Source of the DNA: Propionibacteriales bacterium
GTDB taxonomy: Bacteria; Actinomycetota; Actinomycetes; Propionibacteriales; Propionibacteriaceae
NCBI GenBank assembly: GCA_017882655.1
Contig: JADGPB010000001.1
Coordinates: forward strand, 1 to 30,095
Reading direction: 5' to 3'
Length of the DNA: 30,095 bases
Program-made: the position numbers and the translations under genes
Notes under the pieces: generated by a model
Databases searched by the model: none
What the model was told of the DNA's origin: nothing
The model's input: the letters and a program-made list of their open reading frames with translations, nothing else
Part shown: one piece after another, positions 10,801 through 18,697 of the stretch
Layout of the letters: every line of letters starts with the position of its first letter
How positions within the stretch are numbered: position 1 is the first letter of the stretch

Positions 10801-11978
10801 AGCATCTCCGCGTACACAAGCGGCACCTGGTCCGGCTTGCCGAACGGTGTGGGCGCGATCTGGCCGGACTGTACGCGGCGGTGCAGGGTCACCTCGTCGG
10901 GTGTGACGTCGAGGACCGCGACGCCCTGCTCGATCCGGCGGGGCCGCTCGCGCTGACCCGTGATGTCGATCGTGCTGGTCGTGGTCGTCGGCGTCGCGAA
11001 CATGTCGGCGCTGATCCCGTCGACGCCGTCGACAACCACCACGACGTGTACGGGGTCGCCGGAGGAGACGCCCTGGCTCCCGTCGGACACCTGGGTGAGC
11101 TCGAGTCCCGAGCGGGCGAAGAACCTGACCGGGCCGACCCCGTCGGTACGTGTCGGGTGCTGTACGTGCGGCAGCCACTTGACCCAGTTCCAGCGCTCGG
11201 CGTTCTCCGGTGACGCGACGACCATGAGCCGCACCTCGGACGGTGCGTGCCAGGCGGCGATCTGGGCGACCATCGAGTACGCGAGCCGTCGCGAGGCCTC
11301 GAGGTCGCCGACCAGCTCGAACCGGCTGAATCCGCGGAGGTTGACCTGCAGCGGCACGGTCGGGACGGTCAGGTGCGTGCGGATGAAGCGGCGCAGCGCT
11401 CCGGTGGTCAGCGGCTCGAGGTCCTCGACCGGCTTGGACTCGGGCGGCACGATCCGCTTGGCGAACTGCTGCCGCCCGACCGAGATCCGGATCGACAGGA
11501 AGTCGTCGGCGTCGGGCCTGCGCTCCCACATCCGCCGGGCGCCGGCGAGCGACCAGAGCGTGTCGGGCGCCGGGTGACGCCACATCACTGCCCGGCGCTG
11601 GTCGGAGGCCGTCTTGCGTACCTGCCGGCGCGTCTGGCCGAGGTAGCGGAAGTAGTCCCTGCGGCTCGCGTCCAGCTGCTGCGACTCGTCTTGGTTGCCG
11701 CGGCCCATCTGGCTGACCATCATGCCGATCATCGAGACGCCCATGAGGCCGCCCGCGACCGCTCCCATCCCGAGCTTGGTGCCTCCGCCGAGCATTCCCG
11801 AGTACATGAGGCCCATGGCCGCCACGCCCGCGATCATCGGGAGAACGCGCAGGACGGCTCCGAACGTCTGCTTCGCGGCGGGTGGCGGGATCTCCGGCGG
11901 GGACTCGAGCAGCAGGTCTCCCCTGGGCATGGGCGGTGGCGTCGCCCGCTTGCCGCGGGAGAAGACAACCGTTGCCAT
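7896..11978 (-). CDS. eccC: T7SS FtsK/SpoIIIE ATPase EccC (EccCa and EccCb fused; two TMs, three ATPase domains)
   Basis: N-terminal TM pair; GATGSGKS/FIVVDEF, GGPQSGKS/FLVVDGW, GGPECGKS/FVVVDDY; PHGLCIGATG, RLEE and LPPGRG are EccC hallmarks. ATG at 11978 has an AGGA RBS (ORF track starts at 12014). Confidence 0.95.
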   Translation of the reverse strand: MATVVFSRGKRATPPPMPRGDLLLESPPEIPPPAAKQTFGAVLRVLPMIAGVAAMGLMYSGMLGGGTKLGMGAVAGGLMGVSMIGMMVSQMGRGNQDESQQLDASRRDYFRYLGQTRRQVRKTASDQRRAVMWRHPAPDTLWSLAGARRMWERRPDADDFLSIRISVGRQQFAKRIVPPESKPVEDLEPLTTGALRRFIRTHLTVPTVPLQVNLRGFSRFELVGDLEASRRLAYSMVAQIAAWHAPSEVRLMVVASPENAERWNWVKWLPHVQHPTRTDGVGPVRFFARSGLELTQVSDGSQGVSSGDPVHVVVVVDGVDGISADMFATPTTTTSTIDITGQRERPRRIEQGVAVLDVTPDEVTLHRRVQSGQIAPTPFGKPDQVPLVYAEMLARQLSPYRMPVLAIGEDEDAPELVIEAPKDYPTMLGVGDPLTLDVRQAWRPRPLHQRLRVPVGATEDGRPVELDIKESAMGGMGPHGLCIGATGSGKSEFLRTLVLGLAMTHSSEQLNFVLVDFKGGATFAGLDELPHVSAVITNLEGELTLVDRMQDAIAGEMERRMEVLGATNALLKNKDIKNREEYEAARTDGADIPPMPSLFIVVDEFSELLTARPEFIDLFIQIGRIGRSIGVHLLLASQRLEESKLRGLDTYLSYRVALRTFSPAESRVVIGVPDAYELPSPPGNAYLKFDTTNMVRFKAAYVSGPWHGSSAPVEVDADDAGGVIGGLGKKAWAPPVLEFDAGYVPVVRPPDPEPEPIRPQAETPVDLVVHVPEPADDEDDTLLGIAVGRLKGHGWPAHKVWLPPLDYPPTMDGLLGGQLVEIPGRGLTVPDPRFRGTLSGPVALIDRPRQQRRDPMWLDYSGAGGNLAVVGGPQSGKSMALRATIAGLALTHTPAEIGFYVLDFGGGSLTSMRDFPHVGSACGRLDVDRVRRTIAEMTSLLQSREVLFAEAGIDGIVSYRRGRRDGSIPPDRFPTDVFLVVDGWMTLRGEFEAQDPVITNLAARGLGYGIHVMASANKWSEFRLGIRDLLQSRVELKLGDPFESEINRKLAAVVPASRPGRGLSSDGLHMLVGLPRIDGVEDADSASDGQRQLTARLRAAWQGPRAAEVRMLPADLPLTALPPVTYDPLRKTVPWAIDEIDLAPVTYDPKAEPHLMIFGGPECGKSTTLRVIIDGLLKRYTPKEAKFLVLDYRRSLLGFIPDEYIIRYAPSQQSGIQACKDVAPALSARLPGPDVTSQQLRDKSWWKGSEVFVVVDDYELVSTSMANALQPLQEFITQASDIGLHLIISRGMGGAGRAVMDQVIGRIKDAVNPALIMSGSKDEGILWGNTRPTALPPGRGTLVSRAGSVLVQVANLPAQQ

Positions 11979-12118
11979 GCGGGGTCCTGTCCGTGAGGGT
12001 GCCGACGCCATCATGCCGCAGAGCGGGGCCTTGGGGGTTCCTCGCTGCTCGCGCTCTCGGGTCAGTCACCGAATCGTGACCGCCTCGCAGTCCGTACACC
12101 CATGATCCTTCCGCGCAT

Positions 12119-12124
12119 TAGTCT
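12119..12124 (+). promoter_or_regulatory. Putative -10 box (TAGTCT) for a leaderless eccD transcript
   Basis: TANNNT hexamer 7 nt upstream of an in-frame GTG at 12132, with no SD sequence. Confidence 0.45.
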
Positions 12125-12131
12125 GACGTCC

Positions 12132-13523
12132 GTGACCACTCCTGCGACCGAGGACCTCGCGCGCGTCACGGTGATCTCGCCGAGCCGGCGGATCGACGTC
12201 GCCCTGCCGGGGTCCACGAGCCTTGGTGAGTGCCTGCCGACGATCGTGAGGTTCTCCGGGTACGAGCCGGGCTCGACCCAGGAAGCCGTACACGCGTGGG
12301 TCCTGCAGCGGCTCGGCGAGGATCCGCTGGACCCGACGAAGCGCGTGTCGGCCCTCAACCTGCGCGACGGCGAGACGCTGCATCTGCGCTCGCGCGACAA
12401 CACGATCCCGGACGCCGCGTTCGACGACGTCGTCGACGCGGTCACCACGGCCACCACCACCCGTCCCTCCTGGACGCCGGCCCAGAGCCTGTGGTTCGGC
12501 GTCGTGACGATGGTCGCGCTGCTGCTCGCGATCCCCGTGGCCCTGCTGGTCACCACGACGGACACGAGCCCGCTCGCCCAGAACCTCGAGACCGTCGCGA
12601 CGCTGTTCTTGTCCGTGGCGGCGATGGTCGGCTCGATCGTGCTGTCACGCGCGTTCGGGCGGTTCCTGCCGGCGGCCGGCCTGGCATGGGCCGCGACCGT
12701 ACTGGCTGTGGTCGGCGGGCTGTACATCATGCCGGGCGAGACCTGGCCGCTACGGGTCCTGCTGGCGTCGGCGTGCGGGATCGTCGCGTCCGGTACGGCG
12801 TGGCTGGCGGCACGCATCCAGCCGTACGCGCACCTTGCGATCACCTTGAGCGCCAGCGTCACGCTCGTCGCGACGATGGTGATGGTGCTGCTCGGCGGCT
12901 ACGCCGCGCAGGTCTCGGCCGTCACCATCGCGCTCCTGCTGGCGCTGACCCCGACGCTGCCGATGCTCTCGTACCACGCCGCCCGCGTCGCCATGCCCAA
13001 CCTCCCGGCGAACGCGCAGCTGCTGATGGAGGACGAGACGCCGGTACAGACCGACATCGTCGGCCGGGCGCTCACCGCCGATCGCGTCCTCGGCTCCTTC
13101 CTCGGCGCGACTGGCATCACGGTGGGACTAGGGATGATCCCGGTGCTGCTCACCGGTACGTGGCTGGCCCTGGCGCTCACCGCGGCGGTCGGCCTGGCGC
13201 TCGTGCTGCGCGCACGCGTCTTCGTCGGACGCGTCCAGCGCTTCGCGCTCCTGATGCCTGGCACCCTCTTCGGGCTGGCGTCCGTACTGCTGTTCCTGCT
13301 CGCGCTGCCCAGCGTCGCCCGCATCCCGATCGGCCTCACGATCGCGCTGATCGCCACCGTCGCGCTCGCCGGCTACACCGCGAGCATGTACAACCAGATC
13401 CTCGCCCCCATCTGGGGCAGGCTGGGGGATGTACTCGAGTGGCTCGCCCTCATCGCCGTCATCCCTCTGGTCCTCGGCGTCCTCGGCACGTACACCTGGG
13501 TCATGAGCCTCACCGCCCACTGA
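12132..13523 (+). CDS. eccD: T7SS integral membrane protein EccD
   Basis: N-terminal ubiquitin-like YukD domain (RVTVISPSRRIDVALP…LRDGETLHL), DDVVDAV linker, then about 11 hydrophobic helices ending …LEWLALIAVIPL. Alternative start ATG at 12102. Confidence 0.9.
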   Translation: MTTPATEDLARVTVISPSRRIDVALPGSTSLGECLPTIVRFSGYEPGSTQEAVHAWVLQRLGEDPLDPTKRVSALNLRDGETLHLRSRDNTIPDAAFDDVVDAVTTATTTRPSWTPAQSLWFGVVTMVALLLAIPVALLVTTTDTSPLAQNLETVATLFLSVAAMVGSIVLSRAFGRFLPAAGLAWAATVLAVVGGLYIMPGETWPLRVLLASACGIVASGTAWLAARIQPYAHLAITLSASVTLVATMVMVLLGGYAAQVSAVTIALLLALTPTLPMLSYHAARVAMPNLPANAQLLMEDETPVQTDIVGRALTADRVLGSFLGATGITVGLGMIPVLLTGTWLALALTAAVGLALVLRARVFVGRVQRFALLMPGTLFGLASVLLFLLALPSVARIPIGLTIALIATVALAGYTASMYNQILAPIWGRLGDVLEWLALIAVIPLVLGVLGTYTWVMSLTAH

Positions 13524-13541
13524 GGCGGTACTTGAGGCAGG

Positions 13542-14546
13542 TCACTCTGGGCAGCCGCAACTTCCGCGAATGACGACTTCGCAGGTCAACGTCATCGACT
13601 CTCGGGGAGCACCGCCGGTGGTGATTCTCTCGTGCAGCCGTTGGGCCAACAGCGAAGCAAGCTCCCGGATGGGCTGCCGGACGGTGGTGAGTCCAGGCAT
13701 TGTGTACCGGGCGAGCATGATGTCGTCGAACCCGGTGATCAGGATGTCGTCCGGGCAGCGCAGCCCCCGACGCCACAAGGCCTTCATCACTGACATCGCC
13801 AACTCATCGTTGGCGCACACCAGCGCGTCGCAGCGGTTCGCCTCGGCGAGCACCTCGTCGACCACCTGCAGGCCGAACCTCTCGACCGCCGGCACCTTGA
13901 AGGCCGCCATCGGGACATCCAACCCCGCCTCCATCACCGCCTCCAGGTACGCCGCGTACCGCTGCCGGACATCGCGGGTCTCCGAGATGCCCACGAAGCG
14001 CGGACGTCTGACCCCGTGCCCGATCAGATGCTGGACGAGTTCGCCTGTCGGCTCCCCGTTCTCGACTCCGATCGAGTCGCAGCCGGGGATCGGACTACGT
14101 CCGGTCACTACTACCGGGACGCGGGACGCAACGAATGCCACCACCTCGTCCGGCACGGTCAAGTGCGTGATCACCACGCCGTCGACCATGCCGGAGAGGT
14201 TCACGACCCGTTCGATCAGGCGCCCCGGTTCAGTGTCTGCCACGACCGGGCGCACGCTCACCCCGTTCTGCGCCGCTACGGACAGGTAGCTCGCCAGCAA
14301 CTCGGCGTAGTAGGGGCCGATCACAGCGGGCGTCACGAAGCCGTGGGTCTCCTGGCGCAGCTGATTCGCCCGGCCCCGAAACGGGCTGTAGTCGAGCTGC
14401 CCCACTGCCTTCAAGACACGCTGGCGCGTCGCCTCCGACGCTGGCGCGGACCCTTGCAGGACGCGCGACACGGACGAGATCGACACCCCGGCGAGTTTGG
14501 CCACCGTGTAGATGGTGGCCGGCCTTTGCTCTTCATCCTGGGGCAC
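13542..14546 (-). CDS. LacI-family transcriptional regulator
   Basis: TIYTVAKLAGVSISSVSRVL HTH, hinge LDYSP, sugar-binding domain with CANDELA, ITGFDDI and LTTVRQP. Confidence 0.95.
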   Translation of the reverse strand: MPQDEEQRPATIYTVAKLAGVSISSVSRVLQGSAPASEATRQRVLKAVGQLDYSPFRGRANQLRQETHGFVTPAVIGPYYAELLASYLSVAAQNGVSVRPVVADTEPGRLIERVVNLSGMVDGVVITHLTVPDEVVAFVASRVPVVVTGRSPIPGCDSIGVENGEPTGELVQHLIGHGVRRPRFVGISETRDVRQRYAAYLEAVMEAGLDVPMAAFKVPAVERFGLQVVDEVLAEANRCDALVCANDELAMSVMKALWRRGLRCPDDILITGFDDIMLARYTMPGLTTVRQPIRELASLLAQRLHERITTGGAPRESMTLTCEVVIRGSCGCPE

Positions 14547-14552
14547 TGACTC

Positions 14553-14558
14553 AGTTTA
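14553..14558 (-). promoter_or_regulatory. Putative -10 box (TAAACT) for a leaderless lacI-family transcript
   Basis: TANNNT 6 nt upstream of the GTG start with no SD sequence. An adjacent TGAAACTA half-site (14561-14568, minus strand) resembles the motif at 20500-20579. Confidence 0.5.
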
Positions 14559-14624
14559 CGTAGTTTCATGATCGAGAGTGTGTTTGTGCCTGAACCCGCG
14601 TGGGCCAGCGAAGGACGGGAGGAC

Positions 14625-16574
14625 TCAGGCCAGGGCCTCGGCAAATGGGTTCGGGATGGCTTCAACGAGCCGCCTCGTGTACTCGTCCTTAGGGTTGCGG
14701 ATGACGTCGATGGCCTCGCCCCGTTCCACGATCTCTCCGTTGTTGAGCACGATCACTTCGTCCGCAAGCATGCGCGCGCTGAGCAGGTCGTGGGTGATGT
14801 AGAGGATGCCTACGTCAGAGTCCTGCACGAGCTTGTGCAGCAGTTTCAGGATCTCCGCGCGGATCGAAACGTCGAGGCTCGAGATCGGTTCGTCAGCGAT
14901 CACCAGCTCGGGCTGGGCAGCGAGCGCCCGCGCGATCACGACACGTTGGCGCTGCCCGCCGGACAGTTCGAAACCGTAGCGTCCGCGGTACTGTCCCGGC
15001 GGAGTGAGTGCGACTGCCTCGAGGAGTGAGTCGATCTCGGCGCGCAACTGCTTGCCGCGCATCTTCCGGTGGTTCTTCAGAGGCCTCGAGAGGATGTACT
15101 CGAGGGTCTTGTTCGGGTTCAGCGAGCTGTACGGGTCCTGGAAGACCATCTGGACGAGCTTCCGGAAGCGTGCCAGGTCAGCGCCACCCAAGCCTCCGAC
15201 GTTGAGCGGCCCGCTCTTGGAGTGGAAGACGATCTCCCCCGATGTCGGGCGCTCCACCCCCGTGATCATCTTCGCGATCGTCGACTTTCCCGAACCGGAC
15301 TGACCAACCAGCGCAGTCACCATGCCGCGGCGCAACTCGAAGCTGACACCCTTGATGACCTCGTTCTCCTCGATCCTGAGGCCGCGCCGGGTCCGGAAGG
15401 TCTTGGTGACGTCCTTCACCTGGAGGAAGACCTCGTTGGACAGCGCCTCCTCCGTCTCCCCTACGGACTTCACGAACTCAGGCCCTTGGAAACGGCGCGT
15501 TTTCGGTGGCAAACCGGGTGTGTCCGGCGCTTCGCGCTGCAGGTGGGCGACGTGGCACGCCACCCGCTGCAGCACCTCGGGGGGTCTCTCGGACTCTGCC
15601 TCAGCGCTGGTGGTCTCGGGTGCCACCGTGACTTCGGCCGCCGCTGGCGCGATCGTCAGCAGCCCTGGCTCGACGCTCAGGCAGCGTTCGATCTTCTCAG
15701 GGCAGCGCGGGGCGAACAGACAGCCCTGGTGCTCGCGGGACAGGTCCGGCGGACGCCCGGGCACGTAGGTGATTCGGACGGTCTCGTTGCGCGGGTCGGC
15801 GTAAGACCCCAGCAGCCCCTTCGAGTAGGGGTGCAGCGGGTCGCGGAGGAGCGCACGCGTCTTGTTCTCCTCGACGATCCGGCCGGCATACATCACAAGG
15901 ATCCGGTCGGACATGTCGAGGACCGTGCCGATGTCGTGGCTGATGAACAGCACCGCGAAGCCTTGTTCGCGTTGGAGTCGCCGCACGTTCTCGAGGATCG
16001 AACGCTGGACGACGACGTCGAGGCCGGTCGTGGGCTCGTCCAGCAGGACGAACTTCGGGTCGTTGGCCAGCGCCAGAGCGAGGTTGACCCGCTGCTTCAT
16101 GCCGCCGGACAACTCGTGGGGGTATGCGTTGATGAAGCGGTGGTCGATCATTACCAGGTCGAAGAGCTCCTTGATGCGATCGACAACAGCACCCTTGCGC
16201 AGCGTGCTGTGGAGTTCGATGGCGTCCCGGAACTGCGGCTCGACTCGGGCGACGGGGTTGAGCGCGTTCATCGAGCTCTGGAAGACAGTTGAGATGTCGC
16301 GCCACCGGTATGGCCGCAGCTCCTCCTGGCTCATCGTCGTGATGTCCATGCCGGCGAACACGATCTGGCCGGCAGCGATCCGTCCTGGTCGCTCGGTGAG
16401 ACGAAGGATCGCGTTCGCGAGTGTCGACTTGCCCGAGCCGGACTCGCCGATGAGTCCCACGAACTCCCCAGGGTCGATCGTGAATGAGACGTCTTCGACC
16501 GCGTTGAGCGCGGCGTGCAGTTTGGGTTCGTAGCGCACGGTGAGGTTCTTCACCTCGAGCAGCGGAGCGGGCAT
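14625..16574 (-). CDS. Fused double ABC ATPase (DppD/DppF-like) of an Opp/Dpp-type importer
   Basis: Two NBDs: GESGSGKS…LSGGMKQR…LLDEPTT and GQSGSGKS…LSGGQRQR…IADEPIS; HPYSKGLL and a CLFAPRC…C…CH C-terminal extension. Confidence 0.93.
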   Translation of the reverse strand: MPAPLLEVKNLTVRYEPKLHAALNAVEDVSFTIDPGEFVGLIGESGSGKSTLANAILRLTERPGRIAAGQIVFAGMDITTMSQEELRPYRWRDISTVFQSSMNALNPVARVEPQFRDAIELHSTLRKGAVVDRIKELFDLVMIDHRFINAYPHELSGGMKQRVNLALALANDPKFVLLDEPTTGLDVVVQRSILENVRRLQREQGFAVLFISHDIGTVLDMSDRILVMYAGRIVEENKTRALLRDPLHPYSKGLLGSYADPRNETVRITYVPGRPPDLSREHQGCLFAPRCPEKIERCLSVEPGLLTIAPAAAEVTVAPETTSAEAESERPPEVLQRVACHVAHLQREAPDTPGLPPKTRRFQGPEFVKSVGETEEALSNEVFLQVKDVTKTFRTRRGLRIEENEVIKGVSFELRRGMVTALVGQSGSGKSTIAKMITGVERPTSGEIVFHSKSGPLNVGGLGGADLARFRKLVQMVFQDPYSSLNPNKTLEYILSRPLKNHRKMRGKQLRAEIDSLLEAVALTPPGQYRGRYGFELSGGQRQRVVIARALAAQPELVIADEPISSLDVSIRAEILKLLHKLVQDSDVGILYITHDLLSARMLADEVIVLNNGEIVERGEAIDVIRNPKDEYTRRLVEAIPNPFAEALA

Positions 16575-16575
16575 G

Positions 16576-17544
16576 CTAGGCGTCCTCTCGCAGGTGCGGG
16601 TTGCTGATGAGGTCGATGCCGAAGTTGATCAGGGTCAGCGCCATGACCAGGCCAGAGAGGACCAGGCCCGGCAGGAGCAGCCAGATCCACAGGCCCTGGG
16701 CGAGCGCGCCCTGTAGCTGGGCCTGGTACAGCATGGTCCCCCACGACACCGACTCCGTGTTGCCGAGGCCGAGGAAGGAGAGGCCTGCCTCCGCCCCGAT
16801 GGCGCCGGTGGCGGCACCGAAGAAGCCCGCCGCCACCAAGGACATCATCTGAGGCAATATCTCTCGGAAGATGATCGTGAAGGTGTTGTCGCCGGCGAAC
16901 TTGGCGGCTGTCACGAAGTCACGGTTCCGCAGGGTGATGATCTGTGCCCGCTTCCCGCGGGCCGGGCCGGCCCAACTGATGATTCCGATGATCAGGATGG
17001 TGAACCAGATGCTGCGCACCTCGGAGTAGGCCATCAGGGTGATGATGAGCGGCAACGTCGGGACGACGAGTGCGACGTTGGTGAAGAACGACAGCACGTC
17101 ATCCACCCAGGTGCCTTCGAGATACCCCGACACCAGGCCTATGAGGAGAGCGACCGTTGTTGCGAACAGGCCGCCGAACAGGCCGACGGTGAGCGACACG
17201 CGTGTGCCCCAGATCAGCTGGCTGAGGATGTCGGCGCCCTGGGTCGTTGTGCCGAGAAGGTGCGCCGAGCTGGACAGCTCGACGGGGTTGAATGTCAGGT
17301 TGTCGGCCCGGTACGGCGCGATCCACGGAGCGAAGACCGCAAGGAGGATGTACAGGCCGAGCAGGATCACGCCGCAGCGCGCCTTCTTCGACGACCAGAT
17401 CACCTGCCACCAGGCCGGGCCCATGGACTCGATCTCATCGATCTGAGCTTCTGCGCTTATGAGAAGACCTGGGTCGTCACTCATAGTGCTCGGCGGTGAG
17501 GAATCGATTCCCTCGACGGGCACGAGTGGTTGCGTGGGTGTCAC
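16576..17544 (-). CDS. ABC transporter permease (DppC/OppC-like)
   Basis: HLLGTTTQGADILSQLIWGTRVSL, FVTAAKFAG (EAA-like loop), LSFLGLG, SWG; GTGA overlap with the upstream permease. Confidence 0.92.
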   Translation of the reverse strand: MTPTQPLVPVEGIDSSPPSTMSDDPGLLISAEAQIDEIESMGPAWWQVIWSSKKARCGVILLGLYILLAVFAPWIAPYRADNLTFNPVELSSSAHLLGTTTQGADILSQLIWGTRVSLTVGLFGGLFATTVALLIGLVSGYLEGTWVDDVLSFFTNVALVVPTLPLIITLMAYSEVRSIWFTILIIGIISWAGPARGKRAQIITLRNRDFVTAAKFAGDNTFTIIFREILPQMMSLVAAGFFGAATGAIGAEAGLSFLGLGNTESVSWGTMLYQAQLQGALAQGLWIWLLLPGLVLSGLVMALTLINFGIDLISNPHLREDA

Positions 17545-18530
17545 GAACTCGCCTTCCTCGCGCGCGGGTCGAGAACGCCGTAAAGCATGTCCGCGATGAG
17601 GTTCGCGAGCAGCGTTCCGACGATGGTGAACAGCAGGAGGGCCTGCAGAAGCGGATAGTCCTTGCTCGTGGCGGCCTGACCCATGATGCGGCCCAGGCCG
17701 GGGTAGTCGAAGGTCTGCTCGATGAGCAGTTGCCCCCCGAGGATGCCGCCCAGCGCCATAGCGAAGCCGGTGATCGACGGCAGCAGGGCGTTGCGAGCGG
17801 CGTAGCGCAGGGCGACCTGCCGGTCGGGGACGCCCTTGGCCTTGGCCAGACGGATGTAGTCCTCGCCGAGGTTCATGATCATGGTGTTTCGCATCCCCAG
17901 GATCCAGCCGATGGGCGTCAGCAACAACAACACCGCCGCTGGGAGGACGGAGTGGTAGACAGCGTCGGCGAGAAACTGAGCGTTCAGGCCAGGGGTTGAG
18001 GCGTCGTAGCCGCCCGACGTGGGGAACCAGCCGAGAATATAGCCAAATGCGAACAACAGCAGCAGTGCGATCCAGAAGGCCTGCAGGGTCCCGATGAATG
18101 TTGAGCCCAGGGTCACGACAGAATCGAATACCGAGTTCCGCTTCCAGGCGGCCAGGGCGCCGAGAACCATGCCGACCACGAATGACAGCAGCATCGTGAC
18201 TCCGACGAGGATCAGCGTCCAGGGCAGCGCCTTCATGATGACAGTGGTCACCGGCGTCGGGAAGTAGGTGTACGAGACACCGAAATCGCCTCGGAGCAGC
18301 TGCTTGATGTAGGCGATGTACTGGTCGAACAGGGTCCCCCCTGGCGCACCGAGCATGGCGCGCATCGCCCGGATCTTGTCCGGGTCAAGCTCGGCGTCCT
18401 TGCCCGCGAGCTTCTTGATCATCATCTCGGCGGGGTCGCCGGGCTGAAGGCGCGGGATCAGGAAGTTGAGCGTGACCGCCGCCCAGAGGGTGAGCAGGAA
18501 GTACCCGACTCGGCGGGCGAAGTAGCGCAT
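17541..18530 (-). CDS. ABC transporter permease (DppB/OppB-like)
   Basis: MRYFARR…PGDPA, GDFGVSY, DYIRLAKAKG, IEQTFDYPGLG, KDYPLLQ. ATG at 18530 has an RBS (ORF track extends to 18623). Confidence 0.92.
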   Translation of the reverse strand: MRYFARRVGYFLLTLWAAVTLNFLIPRLQPGDPAEMMIKKLAGKDAELDPDKIRAMRAMLGAPGGTLFDQYIAYIKQLLRGDFGVSYTYFPTPVTTVIMKALPWTLILVGVTMLLSFVVGMVLGALAAWKRNSVFDSVVTLGSTFIGTLQAFWIALLLLFAFGYILGWFPTSGGYDASTPGLNAQFLADAVYHSVLPAAVLLLLTPIGWILGMRNTMIMNLGEDYIRLAKAKGVPDRQVALRYAARNALLPSITGFAMALGGILGGQLLIEQTFDYPGLGRIMGQAATSKDYPLLQALLLFTIVGTLLANLIADMLYGVLDPRARKASS

Positions 18531-18641
18531 CGTCAACCCTTTCCGGCCGTCAACGGCACCCGAGCTGAGGCGTCTTGCGGCGTTCTGGTGGGAATGCATC
18601 CGGCCGGAGCCGGGGAGCCGCAAGAGAGCGCGGCCCGGGTG

Positions 18642-18674
18642 GCGGGGCGCCGCCGGAGGAAATCGGCGCCCCGC
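18642..18674. terminator. 11-bp perfect stem-loop between the SBP and permease genes (mRNA stabiliser or partial terminator)
   Basis: GCGGGGCGCCG (18642-18652) and CGGCGCCCCGC (18664-18674) are exact reverse complements with an 11-nt loop. There is no U-tract. Confidence 0.6.
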
Positions 18675-18697
18675 GTGGGGGATTCAGCTCGGCGCGC

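Noticed and set aside
394-12099. Long alternative-frame or antisense ORFs (394-1677, 2656-4395, 4277-5977, 4869-6509, 9721-12099 and others)
   Set aside because: Arg/Gly/Pro/Ala-rich shadow translations of real high-GC genes, with no motifs or RBS.
15580-15760. Cys cluster (C..C..C..CH) in the ABC ATPase
   Set aside because: This is the standard C-terminal extension of DppD/OppD-type ATPases.
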